From Candidatus Levyibacteriota bacterium (GTDB taxonomy: Bacteria; Patescibacteriota; Microgenomatia; Levybacterales; UBA12049), in contig JACROF010000012.1 in assembly GCA_016214555.1 (NCBI GenBank), forward strand, positions 4,343-68,342: a DNA stretch of 64,000 bases, read 5' to 3'. Shown here piece by piece: positions 29,540 to 38,677 of this stretch. Position 1 is the first letter of the stretch. Each line of letters starts with the position of its first letter. The translations under genes and the position numbers were made by a program. The notes beneath the pieces are model-generated. The model did no database searches, had not been told where the DNA came from, and was given only the letters and a program-made list of their open reading frames with translations.

Positions 29540-30556
29540 TTAGCTCCTTTCAGCCTTCAGTGGCTTCATGCCGGTATGAAGACGTCCAAACGACTCAAGC
29601 CGAACTCTTTGAATAGTCTCGCAGAGGTCCTCCTTGCCCCAGTGAGGTCTTTCCATCGGATCTTCACGTACTAACCTGCTGATGAATTCGACGAAAGGAT
29701 CAGGGGTCTTTTTGGGAACTTTCTTGTCTTTGACAAGATTTGGGTCGCGCGTGAGCGCGAAGATTAATGTCATACCGAGCGCATAAAGATCTGACTCTGG
29801 GATTGGTGGTTTGCCTGCTATTTGCTCAGGGGGAGCAAAAAGCTCAGTATAACCAATAGTACGAGATGTACCAGTTGGCTTGACTGATGAGAGTCCAAAA
29901 TCGATCAGTACAGCCATGTGTTTGTCAGGCTGCACGATGATATTTTGAGGCTTGATATCTCCATGAATGATTTGATTATGGTGTAGATATGCAAGCGCAT
30001 TAAGTGAGCGCTCTGCTATCCACGAAACTCCTTCAGGATCCAGTGGTCCGAGATCGCCAACAAGTTTGAAGAGGGTATCTCCTGGAATGTAACTCATCAC
30101 AAGCGCAAGGCTTCCATCATCCATTTTGAGCATATCTCTCATGGTGGGAAGCGCGTAGTGACGAAGATCCCATACTACTTTTGCTTCATCGATCAGAATC
30201 TGATTTCTCAGAGTTGATACTTTTGAGCAAAACTTGATACAGACGAGTTCTCCCGTAATCAGATGTTCTGCTTTGTGGGTTGGGCCAAAGCCTCCCTCTG
30301 CGATTTTTTCGATAATTCGATACCCTCCGACAATCATGTCGTCTTTTTTACCTCGATCCCGCATAAAGCGAGCGAGTTTATCCGGGTCACTAATTATTTC
30401 ATATGCAGTATTGATATGTACGAAGATTTCGGGATCACCACCTTTGTCAGGGTGATATGCTCTTGCAAGCCCTTTCCATGCGCCTTCAATGGCAGCAGGG
30501 TCTGCGTTTGGCAATAGACCAAGGGTTTGGAATGGATCAGTAATAACTGTCACCAA
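29540..30556 (-). CDS. J-domain (DnaJ-like) fused to Hanks-type Ser/Thr protein kinase
   Basis: N-terminal AYHPDKGGDPEIF (HPD J-domain signature); kinase subdomains AEGGFGPTH / VCIKF / HGDIKPQNI / DFGLS / APPE. Confidence 0.7.
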   Translation of the reverse strand: MVTVITDPFQTLGLLPNADPAAIEGAWKGLARAYHPDKGGDPEIFVHINTAYEIISDPDKLARFMRDRGKKDDMIVGGYRIIEKIAEGGFGPTHKAEHLITGELVCIKFCSKVSTLRNQILIDEAKVVWDLRHYALPTMRDMLKMDDGSLALVMSYIPGDTLFKLVGDLGPLDPEGVSWIAERSLNALAYLHHNQIIHGDIKPQNIIVQPDKHMAVLIDFGLSSVKPTGTSRTIGYTELFAPPEQIAGKPPIPESDLYALGMTLIFALTRDPNLVKDKKVPKKTPDPFVEFISRLVREDPMERPHWGKEDLCETIQRVRLESFGRLHTGMKPLKAERS

Positions 30557-30858
30557 TTTCTCCTTTCCTAATTATTCCTGCCAGTAGGCAGCGTCTTGGC
30601 TACTATTTATAGTAAACAAGACGCCACCTGCTGACATGATTTTTCGGTACTTTGTTAAAGAACAAAAATTTCTCTTCCATGACATATTAGTCAGGTTTGA
30701 AATTCGTTGGTTATTATAACACATACTACCTATAGTAGTGATTTGTACTTGTATCAAACGCTTGAAGTAGGTGAAAAATTCTTTTTAGAAATCGATGAGG
30801 CTAATTATTTTTTAAAATTTAGCCTCAGAGTTATACAAAATTACTCCTGAAAAGGGTA

Positions 30859-30887
30859 TTGACGCTCGGGGGGAAATGTAGTATCAT
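30859..30887 (+). promoter_or_regulatory. sigma70-like promoter upstream of tuf (TTGACG-17 nt-TATCAT)
   Basis: near-consensus -35/-10 with 17-nt spacer about 55 nt upstream of the tuf ATG. Confidence 0.45.
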
Positions 30888-30942
30888 ACACATAATCTCA
30901 TTGAAATAGATGGGATCTTTTTTTCTTTAAAACTAAAAACAT

Positions 30943-32121
30943 ATGGCAACATTTAATCGAAACAAACCACACGTCAATATCGGAACGATCGGCCACGTCG
31001 ATCACGGTAAGACAACAACAACTGCAGCTATTGCTACTGTTCTTTCAAAGCACGGTGGAGGAGAGGCTAAGAAATACGAAGACATCGACAATGCTCCAGA
31101 GGAAAAGGCTCGTGGAGTAACCATTAATATTTCCCACATCGAATACGAAACAGAAAAGCGTCATTATGCTCATATCGATGCTCCAGGTCACGCTGATTAC
31201 ATCAAAAACATGATTACAGGGGCGGCTCAAATGGACGGAGCAATTCTTGTCGTCTCAGCGCCTGATGGTCCAATGCCTCAGACTCGAGAACACATTCTTC
31301 TTGCATATCAAGTTGGCGTTCCAGCAATCGTTGTTTACCTTAACAAATGTGATATGGTTCAGGACGAAGAGCTTTTGGACCTTGTTGAGATGGAAGTTCG
31401 TGAACTTCTTACCAAATACAAATACCCAGGCGACACAACTCCAATTATCCGTGGTTCATCTCTTAAGGCACTTGAGGGAGATCCAGCATACGAAGAAAAA
31501 ATAATGGAACTTATGAAGACAGTTGATGAGTACATTCCAACTCCAACTCGTGATCTTGATAAGCCATTCTTGATGCCTGTTGAGGACGTTTTCTCAATCA
31601 AAGGTCGAGGAACAGTCGTTACAGGAAGAGTCGAGCGTGGAGTTGTCAAAGTTAACGAGCCTATTGAAATCGTTGGTATGAAAGCAACAACACAAAGTGT
31701 CGTTACTGGAGTTGAGATGTTTAGAAAACAGCTCGATCAAGGTCAGGCTGGAGATAACGTAGGACTTCTTCTAAGAGGTGTTGAGAAGGACGATGTTGAG
31801 CGTGGACAGGTATTGGCAAAGCCTGGTTCTATCACTCCACACACTGATTTTGAAGCAGAAGCATACATTCTTTCTAAAGAAGAGGGTGGCCGACATACAC
31901 CATTCTTTAAGGGATATCGACCACAATTTTATATCAGAACTACCGACGTAACTGGGGAAACTATCCTTCCAGACGGTGTTGAGATGGTAATGCCTGGAGA
32001 CAATACAAAAATGACAGTAAAACTTATTGTACCTGTTGCTCTTGAAGAAGGACTTCGATTTGCTATCCGCGAAGGCGGACGAACAGTCGGAGCAGGTGTT
32101 ATTAGTAAAATCTTAAAATAA
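30943..32121 (+). CDS. tuf: translation elongation factor Tu
   Basis: [21 protein letters not shown] motifs; 392 aa. Confidence 0.95.
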   Translation: MATFNRNKPHVNIGTIGHVDHGKTTTTAAIATVLSKHGGGEAKKYEDIDNAPEEKARGVTINISHIEYETEKRHYAHIDAPGHADYIKNMITGAAQMDGAILVVSAPDGPMPQTREHILLAYQVGVPAIVVYLNKCDMVQDEELLDLVEMEVRELLTKYKYPGDTTPIIRGSSLKALEGDPAYEEKIMELMKTVDEYIPTPTRDLDKPFLMPVEDVFSIKGRGTVVTGRVERGVVKVNEPIEIVGMKATTQSVVTGVEMFRKQLDQGQAGDNVGLLLRGVEKDDVERGQVLAKPGSITPHTDFEAEAYILSKEEGGRHTPFFKGYRPQFYIRTTDVTGETILPDGVEMVMPGDNTKMTVKLIVPVALEEGLRFAIREGGRTVGAGVISKILK

Positions 32122-32154
32122 ACTATCGCACATTGACTGTCTGTAAGGAGGCAT

Positions 32155-32463
32155 ATGCCAAAAGGAAGAATTCGCGTTCGATTAAAAAGTTACGATGCAA
32201 GAGTCATAGATTCTTGCTGCCAGCAGATTTTAGATACGGCTATTAGGACCGGAGCTAAGATCGTTGGCCCCGTGCCTCTTCCTTCTCAGCGAAGCGTATA
32301 TGTTGTTAACAAATCACCCTTTGTTGACAAAAATGCTCGAGATCATTTTGAGATCAAGGTTCATAAGCGCTTGGTTGATATTATTTCTCCGACTGACAAA
32401 ACAATTGATAGTTTGACTCACTTAGAGTTGCCAGCAGGTGTAGATGTTGAGATTAAGATGTAG
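32155..32463 (+). CDS. rpsJ: 30S ribosomal protein S10
   Basis: RIRVRLKSYDARVIDS...ISPFVDKNARDHFEI...GVDVEI. Confidence 0.9.
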   Translation: MPKGRIRVRLKSYDARVIDSCCQQILDTAIRTGAKIVGPVPLPSQRSVYVVNKSPFVDKNARDHFEIKVHKRLVDIISPTDKTIDSLTHLELPAGVDVEIKM

Positions 32464-32559
32464 TTTTCTACACACCAAGAATCGCATGCCCACATCACGA
32501 ATAATTAAATATGAGGTAAACAAAGCCTAAACAAGGCTCAAATCGATAAATGAGTAGAG

Positions 32560-32584
32560 GTAGCCTAGGGGCTACTTTTTTTTT
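32560..32584 (+). terminator. rho-independent terminator/attenuator hairpin between rpsJ and rplC
   Basis: GTAGCC-TAGG-GGCTAC perfect 6-bp stem followed by 9 consecutive T. Confidence 0.6.
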
Positions 32585-32590
32585 GAAAAT

Positions 32591-33433
32591 ATGAATACAT
32601 TACTAGGAACAAAAAAACAACAAATGCAAGGATTTCTTGAAAACGGAACACGTGTCCCGCTTACGCTTGTCGTAGCTTCAGAAAACGTCATGATGTCACA
32701 AAAGACTACAGATAAAGATCGCTATAACGCAATAACACTGGGCTTTGGTAAAAGTAAAAAAACTTCCAAGGCCCTTTTTGGTCAGGCTAAAAAAGCAGGC
32801 CTTACCTATGTCCCTCAAGCTTTTAAAGAGGTAAAAGTAGATGATTTTAATACGTTTGAAGCAGGAAAAGTAGTAGTAGTTGATGAAGTGTTTAAGCCTG
32901 GCGATATCGTTGATGTAAAAGGTACTTCTAAAGGAAAAGGTTTTGCAGGAGGAGTAAAGAGATATAATTTCCGCGGTGGACCTAAGACTCATGGTCAGTC
33001 AGATAGACACCGTGCTCCTGGATCTATCGGATCAGGAACTACTCCAGGAAGAGTATATAAAGGTAAAAGAATGGCGGGAAACATGGGACATGATACGGTT
33101 ACAGTGAAAAATCTTGTTGTTATCGATGTTGATTCTGCAACCAATACACTCTTTATCAAAGGGTTAGTGCCTGGAATTTTGGGTGGAACAGTTGAAGTAA
33201 CAAAAGTTGGAGAGTTGAAAGGTAAGTATTTTACCCCACTCTACAAGGTTTCGTCTGATACAGCAAATAGCGAAGAAGTAAAAGAGGAGAAGGTAGAAGT
33301 AGTTCAGGAGTCTAACGAGGTTGTTGAATCTGTTGCAGCTATAGATGCTGAACAGCCAAAGTCTGAAGAGCCACAAGCTGAAGCAGTAGAAGAAGTTAAA
33401 GCTGACGAGGTAAAGGAGGAAAACAATGGATAA
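32591..33433 (+). CDS. rplC: 50S ribosomal protein L3 with acidic C-terminal extension
   Basis: GKGFAGGVKRYNFRGGPKTHGQSDRHRAPGSIG core; about 65 extra C-terminal residues rich in E/K/V. Confidence 0.9.
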   Translation: MNTLLGTKKQQMQGFLENGTRVPLTLVVASENVMMSQKTTDKDRYNAITLGFGKSKKTSKALFGQAKKAGLTYVPQAFKEVKVDDFNTFEAGKVVVVDEVFKPGDIVDVKGTSKGKGFAGGVKRYNFRGGPKTHGQSDRHRAPGSIGSGTTPGRVYKGKRMAGNMGHDTVTVKNLVVIDVDSATNTLFIKGLVPGILGGTVEVTKVGELKGKYFTPLYKVSSDTANSEEVKEEKVEVVQESNEVVESVAAIDAEQPKSEEPQAEAVEEVKADEVKEENNG

Positions 33434-34181
33434 AGTAAAAACAGCACCAAAAAAGACTGTCACAAAGGCGAAAAAACCAGCGCGCGTTGTTGAAAGCGCA
33501 GTGAAAGTAGCAAAGATATCATCAAAGGGTCTTAGTATTGATACTTTTGATATTGCAGGTAAAGTTATTGGGAAAACAGAGCTTTCTAAAGAACTTTTTG
33601 GAGTAAAAATAAATAAAGCCTTGATGACACAGGCTGTTCGTGTCTATTTAGCAAATCAACGAATTGGGACACAATCCACCAAAACACGAGGAGAAGTTGT
33701 TGGTTCAACAAGAAAAATTTATCGACAAAAAGGCACAGGGAGAGCTCGTCATGGAGGAATCACAGCGCCAATCTTTGTTGGTGGAGGAGTTGCTCTTGGT
33801 CCAAAGCCACGAAGTCATGCTCTTGACCTGCCACAGAAAATGCGACGAGTAGCTCTTTCTTCTGCTCTCACCAGTAAACTTTCAAGTGATAGCGTTTGGG
33901 TAGTTGATGGTTATGAGAAATTGCCTTTAAAGACAAAAGGTTTTGTAACAGCGCTTACCAAGTTAGGTATCGAGCAGAAAAAAAGAAAAGTACTTTTGGT
34001 GCTCCCAGGAAAGCTTGAGACTCTTCAAAAAGCATCAAGAAATGTAGAAGGTGTTCATTTTATTTCAGCCAATCAGCTTAATACGTATGAAGTATTAAAT
34101 AATCGAGCAATTGTTATTTTGAAATCAGCGCTTGAGACTCTTGAGAAAACTTTTGTCCCAAAGAAAGGAGAGGTAGTATGA
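33426..34181 (+). CDS. rplD: 50S ribosomal protein L4 with Lys-rich N-terminal extension
   Basis: KGTGRARHGGITAPIFVGGGVALGPKPR; about 40 extra N-terminal residues. Confidence 0.9.
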   Translation: MDKVKTAPKKTVTKAKKPARVVESAVKVAKISSKGLSIDTFDIAGKVIGKTELSKELFGVKINKALMTQAVRVYLANQRIGTQSTKTRGEVVGSTRKIYRQKGTGRARHGGITAPIFVGGGVALGPKPRSHALDLPQKMRRVALSSALTSKLSSDSVWVVDGYEKLPLKTKGFVTALTKLGIEQKKRKVLLVLPGKLETLQKASRNVEGVHFISANQLNTYEVLNNRAIVILKSALETLEKTFVPKKGEVV

Positions 34182-34465
34182 GAAATGTGATCCTCTCCCC
34201 TATTATTACCGAACGCTCTATGGCACTTGTCAAACAAGGAAAATTTTCTTTTGCTGTTTCTTCACATGCTGATAAGGAAGCAATAAAACAAGCAGTTAAC
34301 AGCACTTTTAACGTTGATGTGGTATCTGTTTTAACCTCTATACAAAAAGGGAAAACAAAAAGAGTAGGCAAACGAAGAGCAGAAAAAAAGCTTACATCAG
34401 CGAAAAAAGCGGTAGTTACGGTAAAAGAAGGGCAAAAAATTGACATTTTTGATCTTGGAGTATAA
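34178..34465 (+). CDS. rplW: 50S ribosomal protein L23
   Basis: size, position and sequence pattern of L23. Confidence 0.85.
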   Translation: MRNVILSPIITERSMALVKQGKFSFAVSSHADKEAIKQAVNSTFNVDVVSVLTSIQKGKTKRVGKRRAEKKLTSAKKAVVTVKEGQKIDIFDLGV

Positions 34466-34468
34466 TAT

Positions 34469-35236
34469 GTGCCTTCGGTTTTGAAGGAGAAAAATATGAG
34501 AAAACTATTACAAATTAAAAAGAAACATTCAGGAAGAGGTGCATCTGGCCAGGTTGTTGTTCGTCATCAAGGTGGTCAGCACAAGAGATTTCTACGTACT
34601 ATTGATTTCAAGCGTGACAAAATAGATATTGAAGGCAAGGTTGTAGCTATTGAGTATGATCCAAATAGAACCTGTGATATTGCATTTGTTCAGTACTCAG
34701 ATGGCGAGAAGCGTTTTATTCTTGCTCCTGAAGGATTGAAGATTGGCAGTAAAATAAAGGCTGGTTTGAAGGCAGATATTAAGCTTGGTAATGCATTACC
34801 TATGGAAAAAATGCCTCTTGGGACAATCGTTCATAATGTTGAGTTGACTCCTGGAAGAGGTGGTCAGCTAGCAAGAGGAGCAGGAGCTGCTGCTATGGTT
34901 ACTGCAAGAGAGGCTGGATATATTCATCTAAAAATGCCATCAGGTGAGCTTCGAAAGGTTTCTGAAAAGGGTTTTGCGACAGTTGGTCAAGTTGGGAACA
35001 TTGATTGGAAGAATGAAGTGATAGGTAAAGCTGGACGAGCTCGACATATGGGCATTAGACCATCAGTCCGAGGAGTTGCAATGAATCCACGATCTCATCC
35101 TCATGGAGGAGGAGAAGGAAGATCAGGAATTGGTATGCCTAGTCCAAAAACATATGCTGGAAGAAAAGCTGTTGGAAATACACGAAGACCAAAAAAATAT
35201 TCTGACAAATATATTTTACAAAGGAGAAAGAAATAA
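34469..35236 (+). CDS. rplB: 50S ribosomal protein L2
   Basis: RHQGGQHKR...[19 protein letters not shown]; exact start uncertain. Confidence 0.9.
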   Translation: MPSVLKEKNMRKLLQIKKKHSGRGASGQVVVRHQGGQHKRFLRTIDFKRDKIDIEGKVVAIEYDPNRTCDIAFVQYSDGEKRFILAPEGLKIGSKIKAGLKADIKLGNALPMEKMPLGTIVHNVELTPGRGGQLARGAGAAAMVTAREAGYIHLKMPSGELRKVSEKGFATVGQVGNIDWKNEVIGKAGRARHMGIRPSVRGVAMNPRSHPHGGGEGRSGIGMPSPKTYAGRKAVGNTRRPKKYSDKYILQRRKK

Positions 35237-35238
35237 TT

Positions 35239-35523
35239 ATGGCACGCTCGCTTAAAAAAGGTCCATTTATGGACGAAAAATTAGTTAAAAAAGTAATGAC
35301 GCAGAAAGATGGGGGTCAAAAGACAGCTATTAAGACATGGTCAAGGGCTTGTCAGATTCCTCCTGAATTTGTTGGGCACACATTTGCAGTGCACAACGGA
35401 AGAATTTTTGTCAATGTGTTTGTAAGTGAATCAATGGTAGGACATAGGCTTGGCGAATTTGCACCAACAAGAACATTTAGAGGTCATGGACGTGTGGTTG
35501 CACGAGAGATTTCAAAGACATAA
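35239..35523 (+). CDS. rpsS: 30S ribosomal protein S19
   Basis: [15 protein letters not shown]...HNGR. Confidence 0.9.
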   Translation: MARSLKKGPFMDEKLVKKVMTQKDGGQKTAIKTWSRACQIPPEFVGHTFAVHNGRIFVNVFVSESMVGHRLGEFAPTRTFRGHGRVVAREISKT

Positions 35524-35533
35524 TGATACAACT

Positions 35534-35872
35534 ATGAAAATAACAGCAACATCAAATCAGGTAAGAATTAGTCCACGAAAAGTAAGATTGGTCGCAGATA
35601 GCGTCCGAAATCTTTCACTTGATGATGCATTTGCATCGCTAAGTGTTACCAGAAAGCGTGGAGCAAGAATTCTTGAAAAGACTTTAGCAAGCGCGGTTGC
35701 TAATGCAGTCAATAATGCAAAATTACAAAAAGAAAAATTGAGCATTGCAGAAATCGTTGTTAATGAGGGTCCATCATTAAAAAGATATCATGCGTCAACA
35801 AGAGGAAGAATTCATCCATACAAAAAAAGAAGTAGTAATGTAAGTGTTATCTTGCAGGAGGTTGAAAAATAA
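35534..35872 (+). CDS. rplV: 50S ribosomal protein L22
   Basis: MKITATSNQVRISPRKVRLVADSVRN; the ORF-track start at 35450 is an upstream extension overlapping rpsS. Confidence 0.85.
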   Translation: MKITATSNQVRISPRKVRLVADSVRNLSLDDAFASLSVTRKRGARILEKTLASAVANAVNNAKLQKEKLSIAEIVVNEGPSLKRYHASTRGRIHPYKKRSSNVSVILQEVEK

Positions 35873-36522
35873 TGGGACAAAAAGTAAATCCACATCTTAT
35901 TAGACTTAAAACCGTTCACGACTGGAGTAGTCGATGGTTTAGTGAGAAAAACTACAAAGAAGTTCTTCTTGAAGACTATGCACTTAGGAAGCTTTTAATG
36001 GAGAGGCTAAAGCTTGCAGGAGTAAGTCTAGTTGAGATTGAGAGATCAATCAATAATGTTAAGATCATTGTTTATGTTGCGCGTCCTGGAATTGTTATTG
36101 GGAGAGGTGGAGCAGGGATTGAGGAGCTAAAAAAGTCGCTTCAACAGTTCTTTATAAAACAAGGTAAAACTGGTAAAATGATGCCTCGATTCGATCTGAG
36201 AGTCGAGCAGGTGAAAGATCCTAATCTTAACTCATATCTAGTAGCAAAGAATATTTCAGAAGGGTTGATCCGAAGACTTTCTTTCAAAAGAATTTTGGCC
36301 CAGACAGCAGATCGTGTTATGAGCTCGGGAGCGCTAGGCGTAAGAGTTGTTCTTTCAGGAAGAATTAATGGTTCTGAAATCGGAAGAAGAGAAAAAATTC
36401 AGGTAGGTACTGTGCCATTATCAACAATTCGAGCAAATATTGATTATGCTGAGTATCCAGCGCTTACGAAAAAGGGATACATCGGAGTAAAGGTCTGGAT
36501 TAATAGACCAGAGGAGAAATAA
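35872..36522 (+). CDS. rpsC: 30S ribosomal protein S3
   Basis: [12 protein letters not shown]...KH domain; 216 aa. Confidence 0.9.
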   Translation: MGQKVNPHLIRLKTVHDWSSRWFSEKNYKEVLLEDYALRKLLMERLKLAGVSLVEIERSINNVKIIVYVARPGIVIGRGGAGIEELKKSLQQFFIKQGKTGKMMPRFDLRVEQVKDPNLNSYLVAKNISEGLIRRLSFKRILAQTADRVMSSGALGVRVVLSGRINGSEIGRREKIQVGTVPLSTIRANIDYAEYPALTKKGYIGVKVWINRPEEK

Positions 36523-36526
36523 AGCT

Positions 36527-36940
36527 ATGTTAGTTCCAAGAAGAGTAAAATATCGAAAACAAATGAGGGGAAGTATGAAAGGCGATGCATATCGTGGCAC
36601 AACACTTGCTTTTGGCGAGTTTGGCTTGATAACTGAAGCGCAGGGTTGGATAACAAGCCGTCAAATCGAATCTGCACGAAGAGCAATCGCACATTATACA
36701 CAGCGTGGTGGAAGAACATGGATCAGAATTTTTCCTGATAAGCCCGTTACCAAGAAGCCACCAGAGGTCAGAATGGGTGGAGGAAAAGGAGATGTTGAAG
36801 AGCATGTGGCACCTGTTCTTCCGGGAAGAGTTCTTTTTGAGATGGCTGGAATTACATCTGATATTGCCCAGGAGGCGTTGCGTCTTGCATCTCATAAGTT
36901 GCCTGTGAAAACAAGATTTATTACAAAAAAAGGAAGATAA
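36527..36940 (+). CDS. rplP: 50S ribosomal protein L16
   Basis: [15 protein letters not shown]... Confidence 0.9.
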   Translation: MLVPRRVKYRKQMRGSMKGDAYRGTTLAFGEFGLITEAQGWITSRQIESARRAIAHYTQRGGRTWIRIFPDKPVTKKPPEVRMGGGKGDVEEHVAPVLPGRVLFEMAGITSDIAQEALRLASHKLPVKTRFITKKGR

Positions 36941-36942
36941 CT

Positions 36943-37158
36943 ATGAAATTAAAAGCAAAACAAGAAACAAGAAATATGTCAATTGAAGAATTGAGAAAAA
37001 AGGTTGACGAAACACGAAAAAACTTTTCTAAGTCGATGCTTGATCACAAGCAATTTAAGCTTAAAAATGTTCGATCGCTTACTCATATGAGAAAAGAAAT
37101 TGCAGTAATGCTTACAGTAATTAAAGAAAAGGAGATGCAAAATGGCAAAAACGCTTAA
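36943..37158 (+). CDS. rpmC: 50S ribosomal protein L29
   Basis: 71 aa, position between rplP and rpsQ, L29-like helical sequence. Confidence 0.8.
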   Translation: MKLKAKQETRNMSIEELRKKVDETRKNFSKSMLDHKQFKLKNVRSLTHMRKEIAVMLTVIKEKEMQNGKNA

Positions 37159-37399
37159 AGGATTTATCACATCAACAGGCATGAATAATACAGCAGTTGT
37201 TGAAGTTTTTCGACAAGTACCTCATCCGTTGTACAAAAAATTGTTAAAACGTAGCAAGAAATATAAAGTTGAGACGGAAGGAAAGACGTTGTCAGTTGGA
37301 GATTATGTTCAGATCGAAGAAACAAAACCTATGTCAAAGGATAAGTATTTTAAGCTTGTTTCTATTATTACGAGCGTGAAGGAGGTTTCTCATACATGA
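37142..37399 (+). CDS. rpsQ: 30S ribosomal protein S17
   Basis: [19 protein letters not shown]...[24 protein letters not shown]. Confidence 0.85.
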   Translation: MAKTLKGFITSTGMNNTAVVEVFRQVPHPLYKKLLKRSKKYKVETEGKTLSVGDYVQIEETKPMSKDKYFKLVSIITSVKEVSHT

Positions 37400-37770
37400 T
37401 TCAACATAGAACAATGCTCTCAGTAGCAGATAATTCTGGGGCAAGAATTATTCAAGTCATTCATATTTTTGGTGGATCAACAAGAAGAAAAGGAACAATA
37501 GGTTCTGTAGTGAATGCTGTAGTTAAACAAGCAACCCCTCATGGAAACGTAAAAGAGGGAGAAATTGTAAAGGCAGTTATCGTAAGAACAAGAAAAGAGT
37601 ATGGAAGAAATGATGGGTCATACATCCGATTCTCAGATAATGCTGGGGTACTTATAGATTCGTTAAAAGATAAGAATCCACGAGGTACTCGTATTTTTGG
37701 TCCGATCGCTCGGGAAATAAAAGATCTTGGTTTTAGTAAGATAGCGAGTATGGCTATAGAGGTTATTTAA
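37396..37770 (+). CDS. rplN: 50S ribosomal protein L14
   Basis: [17 protein letters not shown]... Confidence 0.9.
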   Translation: MIQHRTMLSVADNSGARIIQVIHIFGGSTRRKGTIGSVVNAVVKQATPHGNVKEGEIVKAVIVRTRKEYGRNDGSYIRFSDNAGVLIDSLKDKNPRGTRIFGPIAREIKDLGFSKIASMAIEVI

Positions 37771-37778
37771 GGAGAAAT

Positions 37779-38084
37779 ATGAAGTTACGAAAAAATGATT
37801 TAGTCTTAGTCACATCAGGAAAAGAAAAGGGTAAAACAGGAAAAATAGAGAAGATCTTTACATCAGATGCAAAAGTGCTTGTTGAAGGATTAAATCTCTA
37901 TAAGAGACATGTTAAGGCAAGAACTCAGGGACAGAAGTCAGAGATTGTTACCATCTCAAAGCCTCTTCCTGTAGGAAATGTTGCTTTGGTTTGCCCTAAA
38001 TGTAAGAAGCAGACAAGAATTGCATTTATGCTTGTAAAAGATGTTAAACAAAGAGTTTGCAGTAAATGCAAGGCGGAGATTTAA
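37779..38084 (+). CDS. rplX: 50S ribosomal protein L24 with C-terminal CxxC...CxxC zinc ribbon
   Basis: KOW motif LRKNDLVLVTSGKEKGKTGKI; C-terminal CPKCKKQ...CSKCKAEI. Confidence 0.85.
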   Translation: MKLRKNDLVLVTSGKEKGKTGKIEKIFTSDAKVLVEGLNLYKRHVKARTQGQKSEIVTISKPLPVGNVALVCPKCKKQTRIAFMLVKDVKQRVCSKCKAEI

Positions 38085-38086
38085 TT

Positions 38087-38638
38087 ATGGATAATTTACA
38101 ATTACGATTTACTAAAACTATTCAAGCTGAGATTCAGAAGTCATTAGGTATAAAAAATCCTATGGCTACTCCACGACTCGTCAAGATTGTGGTGAATATG
38201 GGCGTTAAAGATGCTGTGGCAGACAAGAAAAATGTCGAGAAAGCAGGCGCAGCGCTTGCTCAAATCACTGGACAAAAAGCACGAGTCGCAAAAGCAAAAA
38301 AATCAATTGCTTCATTTAAGCTTCGTGAGGGTGAACCAATCGGTGTTGTTGTTACTCTTCGAGGGAAAAGGATGTACGACTTTTTTGAAAAATTAACAAC
38401 AATTGTTTTTCCTCGAATCAAAGATTTTCATGGTATCAAAAGAAATAGTTTTGATGGCCTTGGTAATTACACTCTTGGATTTCCTGAGTATGCTGTATTT
38501 CCTGAAATTGATCCATCGACAGTTGAAAAAGCTCAAGGGCTTGAGATTGTTATTGTAACATCAGCAAAAAATGATAAAGACGCTCTTGTACTCCTTGAGC
38601 TATTGGGTGCACCATTTGAGAAAGGAGCATCATCGTAA
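38087..38638 (+). CDS. rplE: 50S ribosomal protein L5
   Basis: MDNLQLRFTKTIQ...NPMATPRLVKIVVNMGV; ATG at 38087 (the ORF-track start at 38066 overlaps rplX). Confidence 0.85.
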   Translation: MDNLQLRFTKTIQAEIQKSLGIKNPMATPRLVKIVVNMGVKDAVADKKNVEKAGAALAQITGQKARVAKAKKSIASFKLREGEPIGVVVTLRGKRMYDFFEKLTTIVFPRIKDFHGIKRNSFDGLGNYTLGFPEYAVFPEIDPSTVEKAQGLEIVIVTSAKNDKDALVLLELLGAPFEKGASS

Positions 38639-38677
38639 GCTTGTTTTTTGAGGCTAAAACACTTATAATGAGAAGCT

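Noticed and set aside
27500-30560. Possibility that the GC-rich block is an rRNA operon or other structural RNA (rRNA is GC-rich in AT-rich genomes)
   Set aside because: The block encodes three long ORFs with clear protein motifs (J-domain HPD, kinase HGD/DFG, vWA MIDAS, PK KIE/ARGDL) and has no rRNA-like conserved stretches.
30572-30757. 61-aa ORF in the fusA-island/tuf intergenic control region
   Set aside because: Short, no RBS, lies in a region better explained as divergent promoter/operator DNA.
35450-35533. ORF-track start of rplV at 35450 (similar extensions at 40503 for rplO, 44517 for infA and 38066 for rplE)
   Set aside because: These extensions overlap the preceding ribosomal gene and lack similarity to the respective families. 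Internal ATGs give canonical N-termini.
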